Assembly: GCA_046563655.1 (NCBI GenBank)
Contig: CM102289.1
Location: 5,952,001 to 6,016,000, forward strand
From: Yuukianura sp. NJ FZ-2021
Taxonomy: Eukaryota
Direction: 5' to 3'
DNA: 64,000 nt
The position numbers were made by a program, and so were the translations under genes. Shown here piece by piece: positions 1-12,723 of this stretch (position 1 is the first letter of the stretch; every line of letters starts with the position of its first letter). The notes under the pieces were generated by a model, which saw nothing but the letters and a program-made list of their open reading frames with translations, was not told where the DNA came from and searched no databases.

Positions 1-115
1 ACAACTTTATTGTCGTGGCCAGTCTTATAGTCAACATTCCAAAATTGGGTCGAACGTGATCATCGATTGCACGGCTGGAGGGACCTTATCCGGCGGTGTA
101 AAGAACGAAGGGATC

Positions 116-3100
116 ATGAAGAAGGAGGATGGTGACGAACGAGGGTTAGAGTTAGAACCACTAGAACTTTGGAAATTAACAGCTGACTTGGTGCGATTGA
201 TTGTCATTGCTTTTGTATAGAAAATTGTTCATTGGTGGACTCAGTTGGGAAACGACGATTGATGGACTTCAACGTTACTTCAGTCGGTTTGGAGAGGTCG
301 TTGACTCCGTGGTCATGAAGAACCCGGATACTGGACGCTCCCGTGGATTTGGCTTTGTCACCTTCGCTGACCCTGGAAATGTTGACGCTGTTTTGAATAG
401 TGGACCTCATCAATTGGATGGAAGGACTGTAAGTCACTAAAAGCTCAGTTTACGTTTACCATCGATAACCTTAGTCTAACCTACCCTCTTCAGCAACCTT
501 TAGTAACGCAATCTATCGTAATAGCTTCAGTTTACATCAGATCAGCTGATCTGTGTTAGATAAAATAACTAAACGTTAACGACGTCTAGATGAACATAAT
601 CTAAAGAATACACAACATTCTAATTGATTGTCTTTTATTGTTTATTATTAGATCGATCCGAAACCATGCAACCCGCGGACTCTTCAGAAGCCTCGTCGAG
701 GAACTAACATCCCGAAGGTGTTCCTGGGTGGGCTTCCACCCAATGTGACGGAGACTGACCTTCGGTCATTCTTTGATCGTTATGGAAAAGTAATCGAGGT
801 GGTAATCATGTACGATCAGGAACGTCGCAGGACACGCGGTAAGTCAAAACATAAAAATTACACAGTAACATTTCTATCCGAATCTTTTTCTTTCCCACCA
901 AATCATTTCTTGGCTAAAGTTATCTTATAAGTAAACACCCTTCACAATCTTATTGTAAGGGGTAAATGGAGATTAGCCACAAAGTAAAGTCTTTTCCATA
1001 GTACCGGATGATCTGTTTTATCGGAGATCTGGCCTCCAAGACTTGCCACATTCTACACCTTAGTAAAAATCACATTTTAACTAGAACCCGTTCTAAAAAG
1101 TGTGTTGGTTTCGGGTAAATTGTAATATTCTTTATATATAAAGTATAATTTGAGACCATTTTTCATCAGGATTTGGATTTGTTTCCTTTGAAACGGAGGA
1201 TCCTGTTGAAAGATTAGTTGCAGAGCATTTTGTCAACCTTAATGGAAAGCAGGTATAATTATGTTGCAATTAATAACAATATAAGTAATTAATACTTTGG
1301 AGAAGAGCTTGACAGCAGTGTCAGTGTCAATTTATTGTGTTCATTGTCACTTTAACGCTTGTCGTTGTTCTATTCCAGGTTGAAATCAAACGAGCTGAGC
1401 CGCGAGATGGGCGTGGAGGAAGTAGCATGGGCCGGCAATCTGGATGGGGTGCAATGGTGCGTGTGAACATTTTTTGTTACTTCTTACTAGCCATTCGTAG
1501 TTGCTTGCTTGGAATTTGGAACTTTCTTTTTTATTTTGCAAACCTTTTGTTTGCCAAACTTTTTGGTTATTACGAAAAGTTAAACGTTAAAGTCGTAGTT
1601 CGCATTGAGATGGTGCTTGACCGGGGATATGGTTGTGATAACAATTTCTAAAGGGCGGCATGGGTAACCATATGGGACAGATGGGAGGAATGGGTCATAT
1701 GCCACCAGGAGGAATGAACATGGGCTACCAAGGCTGGGGAACACCACCGCAACAAAGTGGCTACGCTCCGCAAGGCTACCAAGGCGGCCAAAGCTATCAA
1801 GGATGGGGAGCAGGCACTGGCGGACAACAAATGCCTCAATGGGGTAGTTATGGAACTAATCCGCAGCAGAGTTACGGTTATGGTAAGGAATTAAACGAAG
1901 TTCTTCCCCTATACTTGAAATTTTGAAAATTTGAAGCAAAAGTTACGGCGGGAAGAAGTTAATACTAATTGAAATTGTATTTTGACAGGCACAACTCCAC
2001 AGAGTAACTACGGAGCAAACTGGAACTACTCTATGGGTCAAAATGGAACGAGTGGTGGTGGAGGAACGCCACAAGGAACGGATATGTACGGACGTCAAGG
2101 AGCAACTCCAACAGCAGCTCCAGGAACACCATCAGCAGGTCCGACTGCGGCCAAATCCGCTTCTACGTATCCGTATTCGACGCCTACGCCACAATATGGC
2201 TCCTCGGCTGGCTACTCTCAAGCTCCTCAAGACTCCGCCTCTGGTGCCTACGGACCTTCGCGAGCATACGGTCAGCATCTACAACACTTCACCTAGTCAC
2301 TTGACCCCAGTTTGCATAAGCTAACTAATGGGCCTCTGAAACGCATCAACCGAATTGTTCATTTTATTTGACTAAAGTTAAGCACCAACAAACACAAACA
2401 CAGTACACGTTACGTCTCAGAGGCCCACGGTCACTCGTTAGCAAACAACCGCTTTTCCTCTCCTTTCCTCACAAAACACAGAAACTGAGTTAACGACGGT
2501 TTCATAATCAGTGGGTGTTGCTGCTTCTACCTCCGCCTCTCACACTACTATTCCTCCGAATTACTTGAGAAACTTTAATTTAAATACTTGTCGGTAACCC
2601 GTTAGAACGAAAGTGATAAGTACTCGAGTTCCTTTCCAACCAGAGGGAGGTTAAGCAAAGTACTTTTTAATTTTTACATACGTTTACGGTACCCTTTAAC
2701 TAACTACGAAAAGGGAGTACTTTTACGTAACAGTTTAAGTTTAACCTAACCGGTAAAGCTAAAGCTACGTACTTGAAGTTGAGCTATTTACTGTCCTGTA
2801 AGTATTTAAATTAAGTTAACTCTAGTAAGTCAACTTAATTGAGGAAGTAGTTTAAGAAGCGATGTTGGGGCATAAGCGCTAAAAAGAGGAAGGTGACTAG
2901 GATAGTGGTGATGATGATGAGTGGATGTACGTATAATGACTGTTAGTCATTACAGTTGTAGAGAGGGCGGTAGATTATTGTTGGGCAACTTTTGATTCTT
3001 TGTAGGCGGCGGGTCAGGAGGTTACGGTGGCTCTGATGGGGGAGGTAGCTATGGTGGTCCTGGTCCACAACGGGGCAGCAGCTATTCTACCCCTGGACAG

Positions 3101-3136
3101 CCTTCCAGCTACCATCCCTACAGACGTAACATGTAG
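116..3136 (+). CDS. Hrb27C: hnRNP 27C / DAZAP1-like RNA-binding protein (2 RRMs + Gly/Tyr/Gln-rich low-complexity tail), 408 aa
   Basis: 8 GT-AG exons: 116-144, 221-428, 652-838, 1170-1252, 1379-1456, 1654-1882, 1989-2270, 3006-3136 (1227 nt, in frame). RRM1 [12 protein letters not shown]...[10 protein letters not shown]; linker [12 protein letters not shown]2 [16 protein letters not shown]...RGFGFVSF; C-terminal YHPYRR PY-NLS-type motif. Confidence 0.93.
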
Positions 3137-4965
3137 ACAAGCCGAACATCAAGCACAATATACTTACCACCATCACCATCAAAAGTCGCTGAAAGAAGAT
3201 GAGAAGACTATCCACTAATCTAAAAATCGGTTCTACAACAACCTATCCCTTCTAAAAATGCAACATGTTTCTCTCTCTATAAGCCATACGTTACAAACGT
3301 AGCAAACGTATCTTTAGGAAAATGTTAGAAAATGGTAAGGTTATATGCAAAAGTTGTTTTCATTGTTTACTCACAGTCTCTGTTAGTTTCTGTAACTAAA
3401 ATAAATTTAGTAAATTACATTAATCATGTTTAAGATTCGGGCTCCATTCTTACCACTAAATCGCTTCAATTGACAACGTTAGGGTTTACAAATTAGATTT
3501 AAAGTAATTTGAACAAGGAACTGGCGAAGGGGCTACAAATGTGGTTTTGAGGCAAAGGAATTCCCAGCAGTTTGAGAGCTTTGACACTTCAGTCTTTTGT
3601 CTTTTTAGAGGAACTGAAGAGCAGAAAGTCTCAAAACTTGTAAAAACTTTTCTTGTAAATAATTAAAAGTTTAACTTTAGTAAACATGTGTTGTTAAGTG
3701 TTCTATTAAAAAGTGTTGTCAGACTGTCAGTTAACGTAGTAAGGACTAGGACAAAGGACAAGGGAGTTAGTAATGAGTAAAATGCATGTTTATAATTGTA
3801 AAAAGGAAGTTTAAGTAGTAATTGTTGACTGAATTGTCGTTTAGGTTTTTGTGTCTGAAGACTTTTGGGCCACACTGTACAAGAGAAAGGAGTCTAATGA
3901 GGAAAAAGGGGCAAAGGAGTTAAGATCATTGTTAAGTTTCTTAATTATGACTGATTGAGATACACTAAATTCCAGGAAGCATCATCATTCACACTTTAAA
4001 GTTAACGCTAACTAAAAAACTAACGTACAATTAGTAAAAAAGTCCTCTGCTTTTTTAGCTCTTATGACCCATTACAAAAACAGGAGACGACTTAGGAAAA
4101 TTATGAATGGAAACACGGTAAAAATTTGTTAATTACAAAAGCGCATGATTACTGTCTGATTAAAACGTTAAGTTTTGACCAGGAAAAGTCAGGTAAGGCA
4201 AGTTAGGTAAAATTGAAAGTTAATTTGGAATTTAAATTTACATTTTGCATGGTACATTGGTAATTGTTCTCTCTCTTAATTGTTGAAATCTTGAATTAAT
4301 TACAATTAACTTTAAAGCTGCGCGCATTTTGTTAAATTATTGGAAAAATTAAGGTACACTAAGCAAAGTTAACATTTTTAGAGTTGACCCTCATCCTAAC
4401 CTGTCAAGTTAACGAAACGGAAAAGGTGATTAATTTTTTATTAATTGTAAATTAAAGTTAATTACTACAAAGTTAAATTACAGGAAATGTTAGTAAGGGA
4501 CTCTGATCAGCACTACATTTACAAATCAGTGGATTAGTTAAATTATGAAAAACTGAAGAGGGCGGGTTGCTTTAAAACAGGGAAAAATTATTTCTTTAAA
4601 TTTAGTAGAAAGTTTAATTATAATTGAAAATTTAAATGTCTGATTAACACCTAAAAACTTGTAGCCAAAAAAATGTTAGTTGATGCTCTAAAACGTTAAG
4701 AACTTAACTGGAACGGAAAGGAACTTTAAAATGAGTTAAGGTCCTAGAAAACAAAAAATCAAGCTAAGAAACGAAACCTGAAACTCCTAAAAGTTAGACA
4801 ACAATTACAAATGTACATAGGGAAAATTCTAAACATCAAAAAGATCAACACATACAAACAAACACACACACACATACTTTTTTTCTTGAAAAAATTGTTT
4901 TTTTTTTCTTTACTTTTTTTTCTCTTTCTCTCCTTCTCGGATTACAAAAATGTGAAATTTGAAAA

Positions 4966-4971
4966 AATAAA
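4966..4971 (+). promoter_or_regulatory. Candidate polyadenylation signal for the Hrb27C-like gene (implies ~1.8 kb 3'UTR)
   Basis: AATAAA hexamer followed by U/GU-rich sequence, lying before the convergent convertase gene. Motif only. Confidence 0.35.
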
Positions 4972-5610
4972 AAAAAAACGGCAAATTGTCACTGTAGTCT
5001 TTAAACTTCTTAACACTTTCGCTATGCTTTCTTTTTAGATGGGAGTGAAAGTTTTTACAATTTTTTCAAAGAAAATTTTACAATTTCAAGGAAATTTTTT
5101 TAATGTTTTCAAAGGACATTTTTAAACTGTCGACCCCTTAGCCTGTTGATCTAATTTTGACGATTTTGTTACAGTTTAATTTAAGCTGTGTTTTCAGTAT
5201 CCTAGTAATTCCAAAGTAATTACTTTCAATTACTTGAGTATTTCATGTAATTACACTGAAGTTAACGTAGTCAAAATGAGATTCATTTCCTTGTAAAAAG
5301 AATCACCGTGATTGACATTTCGAACTTTTAAAAATCTTTCGCTTTATTTCAGTTTCTTTTAAAAATGGTGTTGGATTTTCTAAAATTTATTTCTTCCGGA
5401 TTTCAGTTTTCACTTATAAAAAAAAAAGTTTAAAATACTTACGATATTTGGTTTTGAAAATTTAGTTTAAAAAAAATCGAGAGAAAATGTCCGAGAGGTC
5501 TAAAATTTAAAATTACAATTTTTCTTGCTTAATTTTTTGTTACCGTGTCTGACCGCGTTGTTCTGTTTCGTTTCTGACCTCTTAAAATTTTGAAAATTTT
5601 GTACTAAAAG

Positions 5611-8600
5611 TTATTTGACTAGATGTTCATTAGTAGTTAGTTGTGGAAAGTGAGACTCTAGATCTTCTAAAAGTTTTTCGAGTCGTTTTTGTTGAAGTTC
5701 CTTTTCGGAAAGTTCTGGTGTTGGATTGGATCCGGTTGGCAACGACTTCTTCCGATACACTTCCGAGTAGATTCGTCTTCCAGTGGCCAATCTGGAAGGT
5801 GGTTCTGTTGTACCATACAGAACCAAGGTGGCATCCACAAACGAACCTTCATTACTTGTATCTTTGGTCTACAATTTTCAAAAAATTTAAATTTTAGAAC
5901 AAGTTTTGAGAAAATTTCAGAAAGTGAGGTTCCTCCTACTCTTCCTGCCTGGCACCTTCTCTGGCCTCTAAAAATCTCTTGTGTGAGTTTGGGATTTTCC
6001 CGCTTTCTCTGACTCCTTTCTCTGGCTTTCTTTGTTCCTTGTTTTCTCATTACTTATTATTTATACTCATTATTAATTATTATATTTTAATTATTTTTAT
6101 TACGTAATCTGAAATGGTCATTGTCCAATTTCCTTTTGGGTTTTCTCCCCAGGTACCCACCGACATGAACGGCCAGGCGTTGAATCCAGCAGAGGAGACA
6201 TCATTCTTTCTTGGAATTAAGAGATTTACGGCGGTTCCTTTCGAAAGTCATGATGAAGATTTAGGAGAAAAAGAAAAAAACAACAAATTAGAATCAATGA
6301 AAATTAATTACAGTTAAACTAATTAAAAGTTAAAATTTAATTAGCTAAATTTAAAACTTGAAATAACTAAAATCACGAGAAACTACCACCACTAGAAAAG
6401 ATATGCCTGTAACTGTTAGTAATGGATGCAAAGGGAATTTCTAAAAAACTGAAACCTGTTCTCAATTTCTACATTTAACTAAACATGTTATGTTGTTTGT
6501 AATAATTAACGTTAACGTTAATCCTAACGCACTCAATTAGAATCTAAAAATCTTAACTTAAAATGTTGATGTAAAGTAAAAGTTAGCATGTTTTGAAACT
6601 CTTGTTTTAAAAAAGTTTGTTTTAAAAAATCGGATACTAATTGTTTTATCGTACGTACCTTGCGGAGATGTTAGTGTGATGTGAAGGGCGCCACGTCTAC
6701 TGTAGCGAATTGTTGTTACGACTTCTACGTGTTCCAGAAAATTTACTTCACACGATCCTCCATCCTCAAATCGTATCACTTTTAGGCCTTTTGGATCAAG
6801 ACTTTTGTTGGCCCTAAAAAAAGAGCAACATTTTTAGTAAATGTATAAATTTTAATGAGAAAAACAAAGTTTAAATATCTAATTGTCTGTAAACTAAAAC
6901 TAAAGTTTAGATCCGAATTAACTAAATTGTGGAGTTTTTAGAAAGTTAAGGCATATTTTAGAAAACACCTATTCTCTAACAAGAAAAGTTATTCATAGCA
7001 AACAACTCAAAACTGTAATAGAAAATACTAATTACATAATCTGTACTAGAAACAAAAAATTAGAATTTTTTTAAAAATTAAAACGTGAATGGAACGAAAT
7101 CATGCTTGAAAAAAATGTGAATTTTCTATTTACTTGGAAAAACAAAGTTAAAAAATTTTGTAATACTTTTTAAACTAAAGTTTTCCTTCATACGCTTTCA
7201 CACCTTCGATTGATTTGAATTTTTTTTTAAAGATGAAAGAACACGTTTTCCAATTTGGAAAGTAGTTGAAAAAGTTATGCCCAATTGGGAAATTGAATTT
7301 GTGCAAAATCCTTTTTATGTGAATTTTGTGAACTTTGACCTCTTTATGTTGTCACCCGTGAACTCCAGTCACTTGGATAATTCAAAATTCTTTGGAGATC
7401 ACAAGGAAGCTGTGTTTTTTTGAACATTCAAAAAAACCGCCGGTGAAAGTTGACATACCGGACGAATAAAGGAGTAAATTTGAAATTCTGGAGAAAGCGG
7501 AGAAAATTACAGGGAGAAACCTTTGTTGCGGCTGGGAGTAAAGTGATTTTATCTCTTGTGGTCTTTGATGAACACAAAAACGTACTGTGTACCATCTGAG
7601 GTATGCAAAGAAGCGGAAGTGGGTGGGGCCTAAAAAGGGGCGGGTACTTACGGTACGATGGCTTTGACTTGACAAGATCGCTGTTTTCCAACATTTTTCC
7701 AAGTGCGAGCTGCCGTCACCATTCCGTGACTGTTCATAAGGCCAAAACCAAATCGACTGTTGAATTCAAACCCAGCGCCGTTCGTAATCCACCCGGGATT
7801 GTCTTTGAGTGGGGTCGGTTCGGATGTCCATATGACTAAATGCTGAACGTCACGCCAAGTTAGTTTCGGGCTAAATCAAAACCAACATTTTTCGGTACTG
7901 GTCAATCATAAACCGGTATTTCGGTATCGGTACGGTATTTGTAGATTATATAAAACTTACTTGACTTCCAGCGTCAACGCGACTATTCCAGCGGCTAGCT
8001 GAAACGAAAACCGAAAATCATATTGAAAAATTTTCATCGCAAAGAATTTTGTATTTTTCATACAGGCGCAGACGCTGATGTTCCGGTATGACCCGTAGTA
8101 CACTCATTGTTGATATCCGTCGTAGCCTAAAAATGAACCAATCGACTTGCAAGATTTCAAAGGAATTCAAAATTTTGAAAAATTTCAATTTCCGAATTGC
8201 TTACAATCTTTTGATCAGTGTATGCTCCACTTGAGTAAGTGACAGCCATAGTTGAAGGGCACTTTTCGCCATACCATGGGAACGATCCGGATTCGGAAGC
8301 ACTGCCAACCGAAAGTGTGTAAATGTTTGAAGCGTAACCATCGCAACTGCAACTATCGCCCTTCGCACCGCCATTTCCAGAAGCCCAGACGTAGATGGCG
8401 CCTTTTCCTTTTCTTCCCTGAAAATCCCCCAAAAAATTTCAAGAAACTATTCTAAATCGTTGCTAAATTTTTCCAAATTTTTCAGGTTTTACCTTAGATA
8501 TTCCCTTGAGAAATGCCATTTCAGCGAGTCTTCCAGGCCCTTCGACTACTTCGCCATTGTCATTGGGTCCCCAAGAAGCTGAGAATACATCGACTTTGTC

Positions 8601-10074
8601 CAGAGCATAAGAAAGAGCTTCAGCTTCAATTTGATCACTTACAGGACCATCCAGCATTCGAATTCCTGAAAGCAGGCCAAAGGTCAAACGTCAAAGGCAA
8701 CAATTGAAAATAGGGGTGACCGACCTCCTATGGAAGCTCCATAAGCGATTCCAACTCCGCACTTTGTATTGTTTGGTTTCATAACGACTTCTCCAGCACA
8801 GCGTGTTCCATGGCTGTTTGGCGGTGTGCTACCGTAAGATGGCATCGGATCAGCCTTTTCTCCGTTTAAATCGTAGCTGATCTCTGCATTCTGAAAAATT
8901 TGCAAATTCTTTTTCAGAAAATAGCACTTCTACATTTGAAAGAAAAATTTCACCATAGTTTTACATAGTTTTGAATGAGATCTTCATGTGTGTGTTCCAG
9001 TCCGTCGTCCAGGATGAGGACGTTGATTCCTTTGCCAGTAATTCCTTCATCAAATACAGGCAGGACGTTGAGGTCAAGACGCGGTAAAGTGTTTCTGGTT
9101 CGAGTGTCATACTAAAAAAAGTCATACAAAAATCAAATGAGAAAATTGGTGTCATAAATTTTGATGGTATCAGTTATAAATAGGAAATTTTCAAATCCAA
9201 CATGCCCCGGAAAATGAATTGGACACTATTAAAATGAAGTTAAACTTGTGAATTCCTGCTCTAAAAGTGGCTTTGTCGAGTGGTAAATTTAAAAAAATGA
9301 AGTTATTTTTGTGAGTGCCATACCAAGTACCATTGCTTGTCCCACAGTTCGTCGTTGAAACGCGTTTCCCTTGGATTGAGAATGGGTGTTGCATGGATGC
9401 CACGGAGAATGCTGCCCAGTTGGAGGTCGCGGAGAATGGACTTCCAGCCGAGCTCACGCTTTTCTCGCTCTTTCACAAAAAGCTGATCAGCCCAACGCAC
9501 CTACAAATTACAAATCCAAATTCCTTTCATCTAAAAAGTTAAAAACTAAAATTTCGAAATTGGTTTTGTGGAACCACATTGACTTCAGTCAGAAACTTAC
9601 GCGACGATCTGAAGTAAGTTGTTGCGTGAGAGCTCTAGCGTTGCGATTATGCTGATTTGGATGCTTAGGGTTTTTCATACGAAAGACCAACGGAAATCCC
9701 CGGACCTATTAGACAGAAATCATTAGGTAAACTTCTCAGTTTCCGAAAAACGAAAATTAAATTGTTCGTTTTTTTTTTTGAAAAATTGTTACCGGTCCAA
9801 CATTTTCATATCCCGTTTCATTGGCCAGTTCATTGGCCTTTGCAAATCCTTCCGGAACATAAACAACCCATTCGTTGAGGTAATGCGTCGCACTTTCACC
9901 TCCGCCATGCGCATCCAGTTTTTCTTCCTTGGAAAACAGAGGTCCATAGTCTCTCTGGAGCTCTTCCAGAAACGAATCCAGTTGACCTTCGTATACCCTA
10001 AGGTCACGAACTGTCATGGCACTGACCTCTGGCCCTAACCAGAGACAACTTAAAACTAGCAAGGTCAAGTACAT
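5611..10074 (-). CDS. PCSK1: Neuroendocrine convertase 1 (PC1/3)-like subtilisin/kexin prohormone convertase, 709 aa
   Basis: 13 exons (minus): 10074-9793, 9705-9601, 9500-9324, 9111-8965, 8890-8725, 8665-8493, 8417-8205, 8126-8064, 7998-7961, 7870-7652, 6813-6659, 6237-6104, 5868-5611 (2130 nt). Signal peptide [14 protein letters not shown]; prodomain site REKR; catalytic motifs [28 protein letters not shown]-domain. PC1/3-type segments [15 protein letters not shown] and [10 protein letters not shown]...[11 protein letters not shown]. No Cys-rich or TM tail, so not furin. Confidence 0.9.
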
Positions 10075-11147
10075 TTTAAAAAAGGGGGTCAAGGGGTCAA
10101 ATGTTAAGGTCAGAAATTGAAAACGAAGAGCTAAAGTTACGTAACTAACTTTTAGATGAAAGTGAGACTATAAAATGGAGATGGTGATTCAGTGCTACAG
10201 ATTTAAAGACTATGGAAAACTAAGGTAGGAGGGTCATTAGGAGATGCATTAGGAACAGTATCTGGCAGATAGCCCCCGCAGTTCTCCCTGTTTGACTTAC
10301 CTCAAAACTAATTTACGTAACGTAGACTTCTGGAATAGAGTCATCTTGTGCCAGGGAGATTAGCATAATGCTACTCATCTCTTGTCAGATCAGAAATGTT
10401 TAGTGTCACAACTGACGATACCAAAAACCGCACGGCAAAACGTTAAACGCAAACAATGTTTTTCCATTCATTCAAAAATGAAGCCCAAATGTCCATAAAT
10501 CGATGAATGACAAACTGTACAATTTCTGTTTTTCTGTAACTTTACAGACTGCGATCCAAGAAAAAAAAACCTACGTTTTAGTCAAGTTGGTTCTGTTTTT
10601 TTTTTTGTGGACAAAATTGAAATTTTGCTGCAAATATTCCTTTAACATATACTCGACCTAGTGCATCATTTTGATTTGATTCTTTTTGTCTTTATTTGCA
10701 TTAGGGTCAGAGCTCGCAATAAGAGTTCGCTGAACCTTATGTAAACGCATCTCAGACGTTTGATGGTAACAGGGCAGGTTGAGATGAAAACATTTTTCCG
10801 GGAATTGGATTTTTTTTGAAAAGTTGAAAATGAAAAGTTCTTGAGCATTAAACGTTACCATGGTAACGAGTTTTGGGGGTAGAGACAGAATGATGTTTAA
10901 AGCTTTAAAAAACTTTCTTTTGAAAAAAAATCAGCCACTCTCAGCAGCAGTCGGACGTGTTTTTCGGAATCAGCGCTTCGTTCTGCTCCTCCTCCTCTCA
11001 ACCGAATCTACTTTTTTAACCGCTGATTTTTGAATTTTGGACAAAGAATCAAGTCTCTCCAACGCACTTCGGTACTGAAAGGCCGTTTTCCAAAAAACAA
11101 TTGAAAAATTGCTCCCATTTTTCTAACAATTTTGAATTTTTTTAGAA

Positions 11148-11324
11148 ATGGCCAAGAACAACGACATCATTTATATCATCGTGGCTATTTTCATTCCACC
11201 ACTGGCTGTGTACTTGAAGACCAACAAATGCGACTCCAAGGTTCTCATCGCCTTCATCCTGATGCTCTGCTGCTTGCTTCCTGGAATCATCTATGCCATC
11301 CTCGTTATTCTCGGCAAATGCTGA
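11148..11324 (+). CDS. Pmp3/RCI2/YqaE (UPF0057) plasma-membrane proteolipid, 58 aa
   Basis: Below the ORF-track length cutoff. Translates MAKNNDIIYIIVAIFIPPLAVYLKTNKCDSKVLIAFILMLCCLLPGIIYAILVILGKC*, with family motifs AIFIPPLAVY and LPGIIYA and two hydrophobic helices. The ATG follows a polypyrimidine/TTTAG acceptor (11141-11145), suggesting a 5'UTR intron. Confidence 0.88.
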   Translation: MAKNNDIIYIIVAIFIPPLAVYLKTNKCDSKVLIAFILMLCCLLPGIIYAILVILGKC

Positions 11325-12723
11325 ATAACCCAATCCAAATGTGAGCCCATTTACAAATTTCCAAATTTGCAAATTGTTTTTAACTTTGTTTTGATATCCA
11401 TTAGGTCTCAAATCCACATATCCAACAAATCAAATCAAAGAAATCTCAAAATTCGTCGTTTCAAAGTAATCGAGCATGGATGACGTCTCTTCCCAAGCTG
11501 GCAGTTGTACATAAAACGTCATTTGTTTTCAAAAACATTTTTTAAAATGTCTGAATCTTGTAATTTATAAAAAGATGAAATTCTTAACATTTTGGTCAAA
11601 TTTGACAATAACTTTGAATAAACACATGAATTGAACAGAATTTGTCCAAAGCTGGGTCTTTTTGTTACCGAAGCTTATTATTTGATCTGAAATGATCATT
11701 TTGATTTTTACCAATATATATCGTATGTATCGTATTGTCTCTAGGAATTGCTGACATTCTGGCAATCTCAGTTCTTTGAATAAACAAGATGCTTGTTAAA
11801 GAAAAACTTTACCTTTGAAACCCCAACTTTATTTGCAGCCAAAACTTTTTTTTAGCACTTTTGTCAATAGTCATGTCTGAGATGATCTCGTTTCTTGTGC
11901 GGTTTGCGTAGGTTGAAGAACATCGCTTAAACACTTAGTCGTATCACGGAAGATGACGATGGGCGGAAGGCGGATCAGTCGCATCTTCACACAGATTGAA
12001 GAAGATCCGCCTGATTATTTTCGCAAATGCAAAACGAGCAGCTCATCTCCTTGCAAGAAAGAATTCGGATTTGTTTTTATTTATGTTAGGGAAGCCACAG
12101 ATGCTTCCACCCTAGTCTAAAGGATTGTTTAAAAAAGGCTCAGTTTCTACCGGATATCGTCACGATTGTTCTAAACTCGACGTTGTTTTAAGAAATCAAG
12201 ACCATGTTTGGTTGGAGTCACGCTAAAAGGAGAGGAAGACAACTTTTGGAAAAGCATGTGACTTGTGTACCTTGAAGGCACCAATTTCGAAACAGGGTTG
12301 CAGTGTTTCTTGAAAAAAATGGCGACGACGGGTGTCAGTGTCATGGTGTGTACAGCTTGGACTTGAACGTAGGACAGTGTAACTGTGCCAGCAATTTTAC
12401 CATTTGTCTTCTGCGATTCTGGTTACTCTTTGCCTGCCAATATCAGATTTCATTCTTCGAAATTGCTTCTTCCCATTTCTCATCTTTTGCTGTTTTCAGA
12501 AAAAAGAAGTCTTTGGAGATCAACTCAAAGCAATTCTATTTCAATTACATCTTCTCAAAAAATTTTGCTCTGAAGATTTGGTCTACTGATTTTCATTTTT
12601 GAAGCGAGGGTGGAACCCATTTAATTGAATTGAGTGCTTTACACTTTTTGAAAAGAAACTAAAAGTGATGCTTGTCTTGCTTTTTTAAAATTTCAAAAAA
12701 AGAAGTTTCGAAAAAACGAGAAA

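Noticed and set aside
7382..7702. ORFs inside the longest convertase intron
   Set aside because: The protease reading frame closes correctly without them, and they show no recognisable motifs.
11132..11417. ORF-track 70-aa (+) and 91-aa (-) ORFs
   Set aside because: Wrong-frame and antisense overlaps of the real 58-aa Pmp3 ORF.
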